43,891 nt of DNA, taken from the sequence record OR525704.1; one strand, 5' to 3'. The DNA is from Escherichia phage vB-Eco-KMB35. The notes beneath the pieces were generated by a model that was not told where the DNA came from, searched no databases, and saw only the letters and a list, made by a program, of their open reading frames with translations. The position numbers and the translations under genes were made by a program. Positions 27,208 through 36,493 of this stretch are shown piece after piece (position 1 is the first letter of the stretch; each line of letters starts with the position of its first letter).

Positions 27208-27892
27208 CTCTACATTCTCCTTCAGGCCACCTATTAGGAAAAGACGGTATATGTGAAACTTCTCTCGCCGCTTTTATTCTTTTAATGGCGGGACCTATCT
27301 CCGTAACCATTTCAATGAATGTAAACCGGTGTCCTCTGGTAAGATTACATGTCTGACAACAAGAAACGCAGTTAGATACTATGTGCCCGCTTGTATTATC
27401 TATGCGGTCTACCCCGACTTTTGTAGTGCTTCCGCAATAATGGCATGGCTGTGATATTAGTTTAATAACGCTTTCCAGTGTTAAATCGCAGATAAGCCCT
27501 TTTCCTGAATCTGCTCTTTTGTATCCTAACAAAAGCGCGTACGCCCGCGTCCTTTGGTCCTTATTCACCAGTTCCCTGCGTTGCTTGTTGAGACACTCCC
27601 GGCAATCTTTCCTGATATGAGAGCCATTACTTTTATTTCCTTTCCTGAAGTTTTCCTCTGTTAAAGGTTTTACCTCCCCACACTTTCTGCATTTAACAGG
27701 CTTCCCAGTGAAAACATACCAAGGGCTTTCTCGTCTGGATTTACCTTGTAATTTAAGTTTTTCGTCATACTTTTCCTTCCTGTTAGCATTTACACACTCT
27801 TTACACCAGCGTTGCAGCCCGAGGCGCGTTGACTTTGAAAAATACTCTGTAGTCGCCGGTTTATCTTCGCCGCATCTTGAACACTTTTTCAT
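27197..27892 (-). CDS. HNH endonuclease with two N-terminal CxxC zinc-ribbon repeats (homing-endonuclease-like)
   Basis: ATG 27892 with GGAG RBS; repeated C-R/K-CGE-KP...C-E-C modules; C-terminal CHYCG...DRIDN...H HNH motif. Confidence 0.7.
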   Translation of the reverse strand: MKKCSRCGEDKPATTEYFSKSTRLGLQRWCKECVNANRKEKYDEKLKLQGKSRRESPWYVFTGKPVKCRKCGEVKPLTEENFRKGNKSNGSHIRKDCRECLNKQRRELVNKDQRTRAYALLLGYKRADSGKGLICDLTLESVIKLISQPCHYCGSTTKVGVDRIDNTSGHIVSNCVSCCQTCNLTRGHRFTFIEMVTEIGPAIKRIKAAREVSHIPSFPNRWPEGECRDAK

Positions 27893-27902
27893 TAATAACT
27901 CC

Positions 27903-27939
27903 AAAAAAAAAAATACCGACATAGCCATTATATCGGTAT
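27903..27939 (-). terminator. Minus-strand intrinsic terminator: hairpin ataccga/tcggtat followed by T11
   Basis: 11-nt A-run on + strand (27903..27913) adjacent to 7-bp inverted repeat, just 3' of DNA polymerase gene. Confidence 0.6.
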
Positions 27940-27971
27940 TTACATTTTCTACAACGTATTTCCTAAATCTA

Positions 27972-30152
27972 CTACTTGGCGTATCTGTACATTTCGCTAC
28001 CTTCTGCTACAAGAGGGAACCCCTCCGCCCATTCTGGTAATTCGCACATCAATCGCTCAAGCTCTGCGACATTGTATTCCGGCGTATCTGGAGTTTCGCA
28101 GATAATCTCATCGTGGACATGAAGTACAATTGGATAACCGTTTGCTTCTACGTTCAGCAGCGCGTTGGCCAGCAAATCACGGCACAACGCCTGAGTGCAG
28201 TTTTCCACCAGTTTACCAGAGTAGGTGTACTGGAAGCCCCACTGCCGGGTTAACTGGTTTTCGCCCTGGTACTTGATGCGCACGTTAGTAGACACCTTTC
28301 CATCTTCGTCTGTCTCTTTCGACACACTTAATCCGACGCCCGGGTATGACATAACGCGACCCGACGGCAACGTCATGCGCAACCACCAGCCCGCGACTTT
28401 GTCGCCGTTGTTGTCTGTCTCTATGTTACGCGAAAACTTAACGCCTCGCGGTCCTGCGGTGAACTCTTTACCTGGATTGCGGATAGCGGCCATAGCTGCG
28501 TCTTCAATATCTCGCCAGAAAGCTACTGTTTCAGGGTGTGACTCTCGCCACATACGCTTGATAGCGTCACAGGTACGCCACACTTTCTTATCAAGAATAT
28601 ACGATGGTCGGTCATCCTTCTCCCCGGGTCGCGGCGGTCGCTTGGCTTCCTGAATACGTGCCCATTCATAGCCGCGTGCAGTAGCCGCCCAGATGTGGTC
28701 CGGGAAAGTACCGTCCATTGTTTTTGACATATCAACAAGGTCAAGTCCGAGGTTCTTAGCAAACTGAACGAAAGCGCCAACACCACCAGCGTAGCCGAGG
28801 CCAAGCTCGCAGGCTTTACCAATCTGGCGCAAGTCTTTGCGTTCCTTCTTAATGTAATCCGGCTCCATGCCGAACATCTTACCCGCGGTTACACAGTAAA
28901 TGTCCAGCCCGGCGCGGAACGTATCTAGCGCGGTTTCTTCGCCTGCCAGCCACGCAAGCCCCCGACCTTCAACGTTAGAGTAATCGGCGACGACAAACTT
29001 TTTTCCGGCTTCCGGGATAATGCAGCTACGCACCGTCGATGCCGTTAGCTTAGCGACATCGAAACGGCGATGCGCGCGGCCCTTAAGTAACGCTGAAATA
29101 CCTTTATCCAGTTCATCATCGTGATAGTACCCACGCGCGAGGTTCTGCGGCTGAAATCCTTTACCGGCAAATCGTAATGTACGCTTGGCTCCGCCGTACT
29201 GAATGCAACCACGACGGCGGTCGTCCGACGAGCGCCCTAACAGCAGCGGGTTATATTTCGTTGACGCTGTGGACGCGGCCCCGAGGCGCATTTCGATAAT
29301 CGCGCGGGCGTCGTCCGGTAAATCATCGTCCGCCAGCAGGTCGTTAAGCGTTGACTTCTGTGCATTGTGTATGCGGTGCGCGGGCGCAAGTTCACGCAGA
29401 ATCGGAAGGAAGTCTTTACCGGTAAGCGAGCCGCCGTATTTACGTTGAGCTTCTTCCTGTAACTGTGCCTTGTGCTTCTCTACGGCTTCAATCGCGGCTT
29501 CCGCCAGTGCGACGTCAACCTTAAATCCGCGGTCGTTGATTAACTGGTCAAGTTCCAGTACACGGTCTTCGAATTCGGAGTTACCCCACCGCGGCAGCTT
29601 ATGGAACACTTCACGCATCGCTGTGATGTCACTCACGGCATACTTGATAAACAGCGCCCACTCATCCGGGTGCGTTTCCGCGGTATAGCGGCGGATTTTG
29701 TAGTTCTTCGGCGTCGGTTTAGAGAAACGCTTAATCAGAGCCTTGCCGCGTTTATCTTTCGCGTTGTCTGCAGACACGCCCAGCACTTCGCACAGCGCAT
29801 CAAGAGAACCCGGCAGCGCGTGACGGAACGCCCAAATCATAGTATCAATGGTGTTGCTTACCGGAATATCAAAGCCCCAGCAGTGCTTCATGACGAGCCT
29901 ATCGAAAAGTCCACCGTTGTGCCACACCATCTTGATGCGGCTGTTGGGCTTAACAAGGCGGCGCAGTGCGCGGTGTAAATCCCCCGGCATGTCGCTGCCG
30001 TCGGTGCAATCCCATACCCGCACAGGTTCGTCGTCAAAAGCATATGTACAGATAAGCACTTCGGTTGACGGGTGTTCGGCGTAAGCGTAAGAACCGACTT
30101 TCTTCAAATCGGCTTCTGAGAATGTTTCAAAGTCTAAGAACAGGTAACTCAT
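27972..30152 (-). CDS. Family A DNA polymerase with N-terminal 3'-5' exonuclease domain
   Basis: 726 aa; exo motif FLDFETFS; polymerase motifs DYSNVEGR (A), RQIGKACELGLGYAGG (B), HVHDEI (C). Confidence 0.9.
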   Translation of the reverse strand: MSYLFLDFETFSEADLKKVGSYAYAEHPSTEVLICTYAFDDEPVRVWDCTDGSDMPGDLHRALRRLVKPNSRIKMVWHNGGLFDRLVMKHCWGFDIPVSNTIDTMIWAFRHALPGSLDALCEVLGVSADNAKDKRGKALIKRFSKPTPKNYKIRRYTAETHPDEWALFIKYAVSDITAMREVFHKLPRWGNSEFEDRVLELDQLINDRGFKVDVALAEAAIEAVEKHKAQLQEEAQRKYGGSLTGKDFLPILRELAPAHRIHNAQKSTLNDLLADDDLPDDARAIIEMRLGAASTASTKYNPLLLGRSSDDRRRGCIQYGGAKRTLRFAGKGFQPQNLARGYYHDDELDKGISALLKGRAHRRFDVAKLTASTVRSCIIPEAGKKFVVADYSNVEGRGLAWLAGEETALDTFRAGLDIYCVTAGKMFGMEPDYIKKERKDLRQIGKACELGLGYAGGVGAFVQFAKNLGLDLVDMSKTMDGTFPDHIWAATARGYEWARIQEAKRPPRPGEKDDRPSYILDKKVWRTCDAIKRMWRESHPETVAFWRDIEDAAMAAIRNPGKEFTAGPRGVKFSRNIETDNNGDKVAGWWLRMTLPSGRVMSYPGVGLSVSKETDEDGKVSTNVRIKYQGENQLTRQWGFQYTYSGKLVENCTQALCRDLLANALLNVEANGYPIVLHVHDEIICETPDTPEYNVAELERLMCELPEWAEGFPLVAEGSEMYRYAK

Positions 30153-30171
30153 TATTTTTGACCCCTAGTAA

Positions 30172-30198
30172 AAAGGCCCAATGAAGGGCCTTAGTTAA
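30172..30198 (-). terminator. Hairpin aggccc/gggcct with T-run in minus-strand sense, between SSB-like and polymerase genes
   Basis: Inverted repeat followed on minus strand by ttttt. Confidence 0.45.
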
Positions 30199-30212
30199 AA
30201 TTGATTCAGATA

Positions 30213-30839
30213 TTAGCGGCGACGACGTTCACGGCGCGGTGCTTCATCTTCTTCGTCATCTTCCAGGTCATTGACGCTCGCGGCGACTTTAGAACCGCCG
30301 AACGCTTTGCCTTCGCCAACGTATTTAATCGCCAGCAGGTTAACGCCGAGGACTTTGTATTTCTGGCTGAACCAGATTTCAACGCTTACGTTAGCTAAGC
30401 ATCCGCTGTAAACCTGTTCACCTTCAATCTGTTCGCCGTCTACGTTGAAGTCCTGCTCTACCTGAGTCTCACCTTTTTTAGAGGTTACAATCAGCGGCTG
30501 TTTCTGTGCCTTCGCTTTGAAGTAGAAGCCTTCCGGGAAGTCTTCAAACGGATTGTCGCGCTCGGCAATGTCTTTAATCGCGCATTTATCCATGTGCTTA
30601 CCTTCACCGTAGTTGGACTTCATCCATTTCTCGGCAGCGGCTGCGCCTAACGCTTCTTCAACTACAGCGTAAACGGTGTCGTAGAGTGCATCGATTTGAG
30701 CATGGTCAGACGGCAGGATGATAGTCGCGCTGTACTGGCCTTTAGTGATTGAGCCATCATCGTTTTCACGGTCTTTTTCACGTTCAAATACGTTAACCCA
30801 AGCAGTGTTTACTTTACGCAGATTCAGTTTAATACCCAT
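30213..30839 (-). CDS. Single-strand DNA-binding-like protein (DUF2815-like, from memory)
   Basis: 208 aa; acidic C-terminal tail DLEDDEEDE; position next to polymerase and nuclease genes. Confidence 0.5.
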   Translation of the reverse strand: MGIKLNLRKVNTAWVNVFEREKDRENDDGSITKGQYSATIILPSDHAQIDALYDTVYAVVEEALGAAAAEKWMKSNYGEGKHMDKCAIKDIAERDNPFEDFPEGFYFKAKAQKQPLIVTSKKGETQVEQDFNVDGEQIEGEQVYSGCLANVSVEIWFSQKYKVLGVNLLAIKYVGEGKAFGGSKVAASVNDLEDDEEDEAPRRERRRR

Positions 30840-30897
30840 CGTGATTTCTCGCTTTTAAGTTTCGTTTACTCCGGGAAGCTGCCCGGTCAGTGATTAG

Positions 30898-30927
30898 AAC
30901 TATAATAGCTAACTATTCAGGTGTCAA
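30898..30927 (-). promoter_or_regulatory. Promoter element family B (minus-strand TTGACA-N17-TATAGT)
   Basis: Near-consensus hexamers, 17-nt spacer, about 60 nt upstream of gene start 30839. Confidence 0.6.
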
Positions 30928-31116
30928 ATAAAATTTCGCAATACGGACTATGTTCTCGAAATCATTCATATCAACGGGTTCGAATTCATCCTCCACATGG
31001 TTGTATCGCACCATCGTGCCGTTCAGGAACGTAAACGATTCCGAATGGATATAACCGCCCCAGCGCCATATCATCACAAAATCTTTATCTGTGGGCATTT
31101 CATTTACTTGAATCAT
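30913..31116 (-). CDS. Hypothetical protein (67 aa)
   Basis: ORF with start overlapping upstream stop. Confidence 0.4.
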   Translation of the reverse strand: MIQVNEMPTDKDFVMIWRWGGYIHSESFTFLNGTMVRYNHVEDEFEPVDMNDFENIVRIAKFYLTPE

Positions 31117-32354
31117 TCTAAATCCTCCTCTGTTACCCTATTCCACTCAGGACGTTTGTCGTCTGCCGTTGCAACACATGGTGCGCCTGGCTTACGGGTA
31201 ATGAAGTCTTTCAGTTCTTCTTCCGGTATGACTTTAACCGCTTCGGTTGGCGTCATGAGCACTTGCTTCATTAGCGCTATGCCATACTTGCCAGCCACTT
31301 TCTCTGCGTCTTTCCACGCACGATTGCCCGGGCGGCCCTCAACCAGCTTGTACCCCGGCACTTTCTTACCGGAATGCAACGCGGTGGCCATCGCTTTCTC
31401 AACCTTGTCGATGTGCTGGCGCAACAACGGCAACTTCTCATATTCAGCTACGAGTTGCTCCGGCGTAAGTTCCAGCGCAAAGTCGTCCTCCAGTTCTTCC
31501 GCCAGTACAGAGTTAACGGTTTTTGTACGCGCGGCACACTGTTCAGAGAACCGACACCACTGACAACCATCTACAGACGGCTTGAAATCAGATGCTTTCA
31601 GGTTCTTCTTACCGCGGAAATACGCATCAAGCGCCAACAGTGCACGTTTCTTGGCAAACTTAGCGAACAGTTCAAGGCCTTCAACCGAGATGTCCCACTC
31701 CGACGCGCCGCCAGTGTACGGCTGGAAGATTACCAGACGAACAACTGTTATGTTATAACGTCTCTTGAGTCGGCGATAAACACCGAGAGCGTAAAGCATA
31801 AGCTGTTTGTTTTCTTTCGCTTCGACACGATGCCGCCCGGTTTTCAGGTCGCCGATAATGAGCATGTGCTCGTCGGTGTTTGCCAGTTCCTGTACAGCAA
31901 CGAGGTCAGCGGTTCCGAACGTCTCAACGCCTTCATACCCCGGATGCAATACCTCAGTAAGATTGACACGCATTTCCAGCTTGGCGTAAGTCGCTACGTC
32001 TATAATCGCTTTGCAGTAGTCGGTGTACTTGCGCACCTGCTCAATCATGTCCGCCGTAATCAGTACCGCGCCTTTCATCGGGCTGATTAGCGCCTTAATC
32101 TGACCTTTACCCTCATCCAGCACGTAAGCACCGACTTCACGTTCTAACGGCAGCGCAGTGCCACGGATATAGGCGTTTAGGTGCACTTCTGCGATTGTAT
32201 GGCATGCGGTCCCCGTAACGGCAGCTTTACCTGACGTGTTAGGAATATCTTTTTCACAGGCCAGTGATGCACTGCACGTCAGCCACTTCTTAGCACCTGA
32301 CGGCGACAATAAGGCGTGCACATCATTATTGCCACCGCGTTCTTTTAGAATCAT
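31113..32354 (-). CDS. PD-(D/E)XK-type nuclease (DUF2800-like, from memory)
   Basis: About 413 aa from ATG 32354 (RBS GGGAGAA); IGDLKTG...EAKENKQLMLYALG nuclease-like motifs; adjacent to SSB-like and polymerase genes. Confidence 0.55.
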   Translation of the reverse strand: MILKERGGNNDVHALLSPSGAKKWLTCSASLACEKDIPNTSGKAAVTGTACHTIAEVHLNAYIRGTALPLEREVGAYVLDEGKGQIKALISPMKGAVLITADMIEQVRKYTDYCKAIIDVATYAKLEMRVNLTEVLHPGYEGVETFGTADLVAVQELANTDEHMLIIGDLKTGRHRVEAKENKQLMLYALGVYRRLKRRYNITVVRLVIFQPYTGGASEWDISVEGLELFAKFAKKRALLALDAYFRGKKNLKASDFKPSVDGCQWCRFSEQCAARTKTVNSVLAEELEDDFALELTPEQLVAEYEKLPLLRQHIDKVEKAMATALHSGKKVPGYKLVEGRPGNRAWKDAEKVAGKYGIALMKQVLMTPTEAVKVIPEEELKDFITRKPGAPCVATADDKRPEWNRVTEEDLE

Positions 32355-32623
32355 GCTCTGTTCTCCCACTGGTCAATTAAATGCCGTGTCTTGTGGTCGC
32401 AATGTAAGGCCCATCCATACATCGACTCGAAGACATAAAAGTCGGGCTTGGCGAATGTCGTGCGTTTAATCCGCGACACGTGACGACCTATATCTTTAGG
32501 ACGCGGTACTTTGCCTAAGTACGCCATCTCTTCCATCTGGTGCGCACCGGACGGCGCACGCAACAGCCACAACGCCTCTGTGTTATCCCGCCTGTCTACG
32601 GCGCGGTAGAGTTGGTAAATCAT
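32351..32623 (-). CDS. Hypothetical protein (90 aa)
   Basis: ORF translationally coupled to nuclease gene. Confidence 0.45.
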   Translation of the reverse strand: MIYQLYRAVDRRDNTEALWLLRAPSGAHQMEEMAYLGKVPRPKDIGRHVSRIKRTTFAKPDFYVFESMYGWALHCDHKTRHLIDQWENRA

Positions 32624-32666
32624 ATTTCCGCCCCTCCGTTAAAGCGGCCCGAAGGCCGCCTGATAG

Positions 32667-33167
32667 TTATTCTTCTTCGAAATACTTGTTCTTGATTGCT
32701 GTCAAGCGTTCCAGGTATTCAGCCAGGTCTTCGTCTTTAATCGCTGCAATCTTCATTTTCTTACCTGTGAACTCTTCCAGCAGTTCATCAGAATCATCGC
32801 ACGCGGCATCGCTCGGACCTTCGTTAATTGCATCGTCGATAGCCTGAATCTGGTCGCGCAGAGACTTATAGTCTACTTCTTCTTTCTCTTCTTCCGGCTC
32901 TGGCGTCGTTTCCTCTACTTTAGCTTTACGCGGCTTGCGTTTTGGCTTCTCTTCTTCTGCCGGTTTAGTGTCAACGATGTCTTCACCTTCTGCCGGGATT
33001 TCTTTTGTTGCTTCTTCAGCGCACTCAGCTACCGCTTCTTTGGTGTACGATACAGTCTCTACTTCCAGCGGCGCGGCAACCTGAACAACTTGTTTCGCAC
33101 TGTTCGCGGCAATCAGTTCATGTGCAACTACGAAACGTTCCAGCAATACTAAGAATTTCTCTAACAT
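32667..33167 (-). CDS. Highly acidic protein (166 aa)
   Basis: E/K-rich low-complexity centre (EEEKPKRKPRKAKVEETTPEPEEEKEE). Confidence 0.5.
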   Translation of the reverse strand: MLEKFLVLLERFVVAHELIAANSAKQVVQVAAPLEVETVSYTKEAVAECAEEATKEIPAEGEDIVDTKPAEEEKPKRKPRKAKVEETTPEPEEEKEEVDYKSLRDQIQAIDDAINEGPSDAACDDSDELLEEFTGKKMKIAAIKDEDLAEYLERLTAIKNKYFEEE

Positions 33168-33191
33168 TTGTTTCTCTCCTGTTTGTGTAAG

Positions 33192-33419
33192 TTACTCACC
33201 GTCGCCTTCAGTAAGGCTATCGTCTATTAGTTCAAATTTACCGTTTGAGTGTTGAATAGCTTCTTGCCCGCAATGGTCACAGACAACAAGTTTATCGAAC
33301 CCATCAAACTCATCCCCTACTACGCAAGAAAGTACAAATTTATGTTTTGTGCACACTTCTTGCGGAGCGCCGAAAATTGCTCGAAAACCTTTAGCTATGG
33401 CCCCAGTGATTGTGTTCAT
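33192..33419 (-). CDS. Small zinc-ribbon protein (75 aa)
   Basis: CxxC-like Cys pairs (C..C...C..C); RBS GAGAGGGG; first gene downstream of promoter 33447..33476. Confidence 0.5.
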   Translation of the reverse strand: MNTITGAIAKGFRAIFGAPQEVCTKHKFVLSCVVGDEFDGFDKLVVCDHCGQEAIQHSNGKFELIDDSLTEGDGE

Positions 33420-33446
33420 ATCTGCCCCTCTCGTTTGGTATGGGCT

Positions 33447-33476
33447 AACTATAATAGCGAACTATTCACATGTCAA
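33447..33476 (-). promoter_or_regulatory. Promoter element family B (minus-strand TTGACA-N17-TATAGT), early leftward promoter
   Basis: Consensus hexamers with 17-nt spacer; palindromic core TAATAG-N4-CTATTC. Confidence 0.6.
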
Positions 33477-33540
33477 TGGGCTTTTCTAAAATAATTAATA
33501 TGGTACTATTCACATATCAACTGACTAAGGAGTAATTGAC

Positions 33541-33756
33541 ATGCAACCATCTGAACTAGGTATCCGTGTAGAACAACGCCGTAAAGAACTCGGCATCTCC
33601 CAGCGCCGTTTGGCGGCCCTGACCGGCGTTTCCCAGGGCGCGATTAACCAACTGGCACTTGGAGTAACTCAGGACGTCCGCCCGGCAACGCTGTTCAAAC
33701 TGGCGGAAGTTCTGGAAGTAGACGCCAAGTGGCTGGCGTTAGGTGAAGGGGCTTAA
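33541..33756 (+). CDS. Cro/XRE-family helix-turn-helix transcriptional regulator
   Basis: 71 aa; LGISQRRLAALTGVSQGAINQL HTH; divergent from replication operon; AAGGAG RBS. Confidence 0.7.
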   Translation: MQPSELGIRVEQRRKELGISQRRLAALTGVSQGAINQLALGVTQDVRPATLFKLAEVLEVDAKWLALGEGA

Positions 33757-33773
33757 AGCCCCTTTCTTTTTAC

Positions 33774-36008
33774 CTATTCCAAATCCTCCTCTGTCACCAC
33801 CAGCATCTCATTTGGTTCGTATAGTGTCTTCGGCCTTAATCTATCCCCTATTCTTTCGGGTATACGATATGTTCTCGGTACTACTTCGCCGTTAGCATCG
33901 CAACCAAGCATTAGTTCTCCATCTTTCAACATTTTATCAAGATGGGTGTTAGTCACAGAGAAGTCACCGGAACGAGCCACTATCTGCTGCTGAGTAAAAC
34001 CGCGACCTGTGTCATCTGACTGTTGCAGGTCTTCCAGTGCCGAAAGTATTGACTCCTTCCTTACTTCATCCCTGCCGCGTTTAACTTCTTCCTTTACTTT
34101 TTGCTTACCTTCTTTCGTCAACCCTTCTTCCCGCTCTTTCTCCTCGTCAGTTTTGAACGGCTCGAAACCCCACGGCATCAACACAAGCGCCTTGTGTGGT
34201 TCAGGCAGGTCCAGGTTTACGATTGTGCCGTATTCCTCTGTGCTACCCAGGAACTCAACCGCTCGGTATTCTTTAGGCGGCGGCGCTTCACGGAACTGTA
34301 CCGACTCCAGCACCATGCCAACCGTCTTCTGCTGAGGCCCGTGCTTGAATTTCGAGTGATATACGTTTATCTGACGGTCGGTTGCACGTTCGATTGTCAG
34401 TTCCACGTCAACACCCGCATACAGCGCCCCACTGCCGCGTGCTTTCTTTCCACCCTTCGGCGTATGGTGGACAACGCCTACTGCGGCTTTAGTTGCATCG
34501 CGTACTTCTTTCAGAATGGCGATAACTTTACCCATGCCGATTGCTGTTGATGAACTGTTCTCGTCGAACTTATCAATCGTCAGGGCCAGCGTCTGGTTAA
34601 GGGTGTCGAAGGCAACCATGCCAATAGGTTCATCCCCTGCGGTTTCGCGCATTAACTTAATCAGGCTTTTAAGTTTGCCGACTTCGCCCATATCGATGAC
34701 GTGTACATAATCTTTACCTTCCCCGCCATATTTAGCCGCTAGTGCATCAATACGGGTGCGTGTAGCTGCGCCACCCTCACCATCAATATAGAAATGGTGG
34801 CAACGCTGGGTATCCGCCCCCGCAAACCGGTACCCGGCGGCGCTCAGGTACATCATCCCCAGCGTATAGAATGATTTGTACGTGCCAGATTCCCCGACGA
34901 TATCCCATATACAATCTGATGGCATGTACCCTTCAACGACGAAATCAGCCTTTACCGGCTCCGGTAACTCGTCCCCCTCTGAGTCCTCCTCTGAGTCCTC
35001 GTCGTCTTCCAGGTCGTCGAGGCTGCAAGTTACTGGGTCCTCGTTCTCTGTGCGGTGTAGTTCTTCAATCTCTTCATCCGGTAAATCAGGCAGAGCCGCA
35101 CGAATGCTGTTAATACTGATAGGTTGCTTGTCTACGTTAAGCTCGTCTGGCAGGCCGCACATACGCAGGGCCAAATGCTGTCGGCGGTTAAGCTCGGTGC
35201 AAGCGCCGTTGTTTGTATGCTGGCACACAAAGCGCACTTCTTTACCATCAAGCATGATGCTTGTGGAGCCTTTGCCTGTATGCAGATGTTCGTTAGGACA
35301 TGGGACTTCGTACCCGCGCCCGGAAGATAAAGCGTCAAGGCCAAGCTCGGCTTCGCAGAAATGCGCTATATCAGCGTTAAGCCCATACTCATCGGCGGCA
35401 AGTGTCTTAACTTCACGTTTACTCAACCCCATCTCTTCGGCTTTCTTGATGTACCGCTCGGCACGGATAACACGCCCTTCTGTAACCGTTATCTTTGACT
35501 CTCTATGTGGCAGATAGATAAGGCGGTTGCCGTCTTCCGTGCAGTGGTCACGCAAGGCTTCATCTATTTCTAACTCTGCACAAATAGCCCGTTGGACCAT
35601 CCACGCATCGTTAGAGTTAAACGGCGTGCGAGCCGGTACGAGAACGCGGAAGGCGTAATCACCGTTTTTACACACATGCTGATGCGATGCCGTTGTATGC
35701 AGAATATTGAAGAACGGTGCGTTCTTGAATTTGCGGGTAAGGTCGCGGTACTGAGTACGGTTGAGATGGTCAAAATCGAACTTAACCACACTGTCTTCCA
35801 GAATAGCGTTCTTACGGCGACCGCCAACAGGCGCAATAGCTTTCTGTTTAATCTTGGCCGCGTCGTACTCTTCCTTAGTCCATGACGGGTCCACGGATAA
35901 ACGCTTCGATGTATCGCAGACATACTCCACAAACTGCTCGAGCGGCATCTCACGCGCTACAGGGTTTTTATCGAATGTGTTACGCAGCGTTGCAAAAACA
36001 ATATTCAT
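33774..36008 (-). CDS. Bifunctional DNA primase-helicase
   Basis: 744 aa; central zinc-binding CPNEHLH...C...C; C-terminal RecA/DnaB-like Walker A GESGTYKS. Confidence 0.7.
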   Translation of the reverse strand: MNIVFATLRNTFDKNPVAREMPLEQFVEYVCDTSKRLSVDPSWTKEEYDAAKIKQKAIAPVGGRRKNAILEDSVVKFDFDHLNRTQYRDLTRKFKNAPFFNILHTTASHQHVCKNGDYAFRVLVPARTPFNSNDAWMVQRAICAELEIDEALRDHCTEDGNRLIYLPHRESKITVTEGRVIRAERYIKKAEEMGLSKREVKTLAADEYGLNADIAHFCEAELGLDALSSGRGYEVPCPNEHLHTGKGSTSIMLDGKEVRFVCQHTNNGACTELNRRQHLALRMCGLPDELNVDKQPISINSIRAALPDLPDEEIEELHRTENEDPVTCSLDDLEDDEDSEEDSEGDELPEPVKADFVVEGYMPSDCIWDIVGESGTYKSFYTLGMMYLSAAGYRFAGADTQRCHHFYIDGEGGAATRTRIDALAAKYGGEGKDYVHVIDMGEVGKLKSLIKLMRETAGDEPIGMVAFDTLNQTLALTIDKFDENSSSTAIGMGKVIAILKEVRDATKAAVGVVHHTPKGGKKARGSGALYAGVDVELTIERATDRQINVYHSKFKHGPQQKTVGMVLESVQFREAPPPKEYRAVEFLGSTEEYGTIVNLDLPEPHKALVLMPWGFEPFKTDEEKEREEGLTKEGKQKVKEEVKRGRDEVRKESILSALEDLQQSDDTGRGFTQQQIVARSGDFSVTNTHLDKMLKDGELMLGCDANGEVVPRTYRIPERIGDRLRPKTLYEPNEMLVVTEEDLE

Positions 36009-36133
36009 TTCTTTTTCTCCGCACGTTCTAAGGCTTCCTGCATACGGCGCATTGCGCGGTTCATCTTTACCGGTGCGAAGAAGTCAGCGCCGTGTTTCTG
36101 TCGGCGCAGCTGTGGAACTATTAACTTCGTCAT
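36005..36133 (-). CDS. Small basic protein (42 aa)
   Basis: ORF below track cutoff; AAGGA RBS; stop overlaps primase start (ATGA). Confidence 0.35.
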   Translation of the reverse strand: MTKLIVPQLRRQKHGADFFAPVKMNRAMRRMQEALERAEKKK

Positions 36134-36202
36134 TGTATAATCCTTGTGCTTACTTTGATGATTTGTGCTTTGGCCCCGACGTTCTTGCGTTGGGGTTTCT
36201 TT

Positions 36203-36493
36203 TTACCGTTTAGCCAACCCTTCCAGCAAATTTTTATACTCTTCAAAATATTCCTCGACCAAATCATCGCCGAAATAGAAGTCGATATACTCGAGATTAT
36301 CTCTTACGTTAAGCGATGCCGACATGGTGCTTAGTTGGCGTAAGCTAATTAGCTTCATTTCTGTTTCTACGCAGAAAGGCCGGTAGGTATCAAGATGGCA
36401 AGAGATATTGAAGCATAAAGCGAACTCTCCGGCCACGGAGTGAACCATATACACTTCGTTTTCTGCTTTATTGTGGAAAATTACGCCTTTCAT
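36203..36493 (-). CDS. Hypothetical protein (96 aa)
   Basis: ORF in replication operon, overlaps upstream gene stop. Confidence 0.45.
   Translation of the reverse strand: MKGVIFHNKAENEVYMVHSVAGEFALCFNISCHLDTYRPFCVETEMKLISLRQLSTMSASLNVRDNLEYIDFYFGDDLVEEYFEEYKNLLEGLAKR

Noticed and set aside
30960-30990. tRNA-like GGTTCGAAT T-loop motif
   Set aside because: No complementary flanking stem or acceptor/anticodon arms could be formed; the sequence is inside a coding ORF. No convincing tRNA was seen anywhere in the window.
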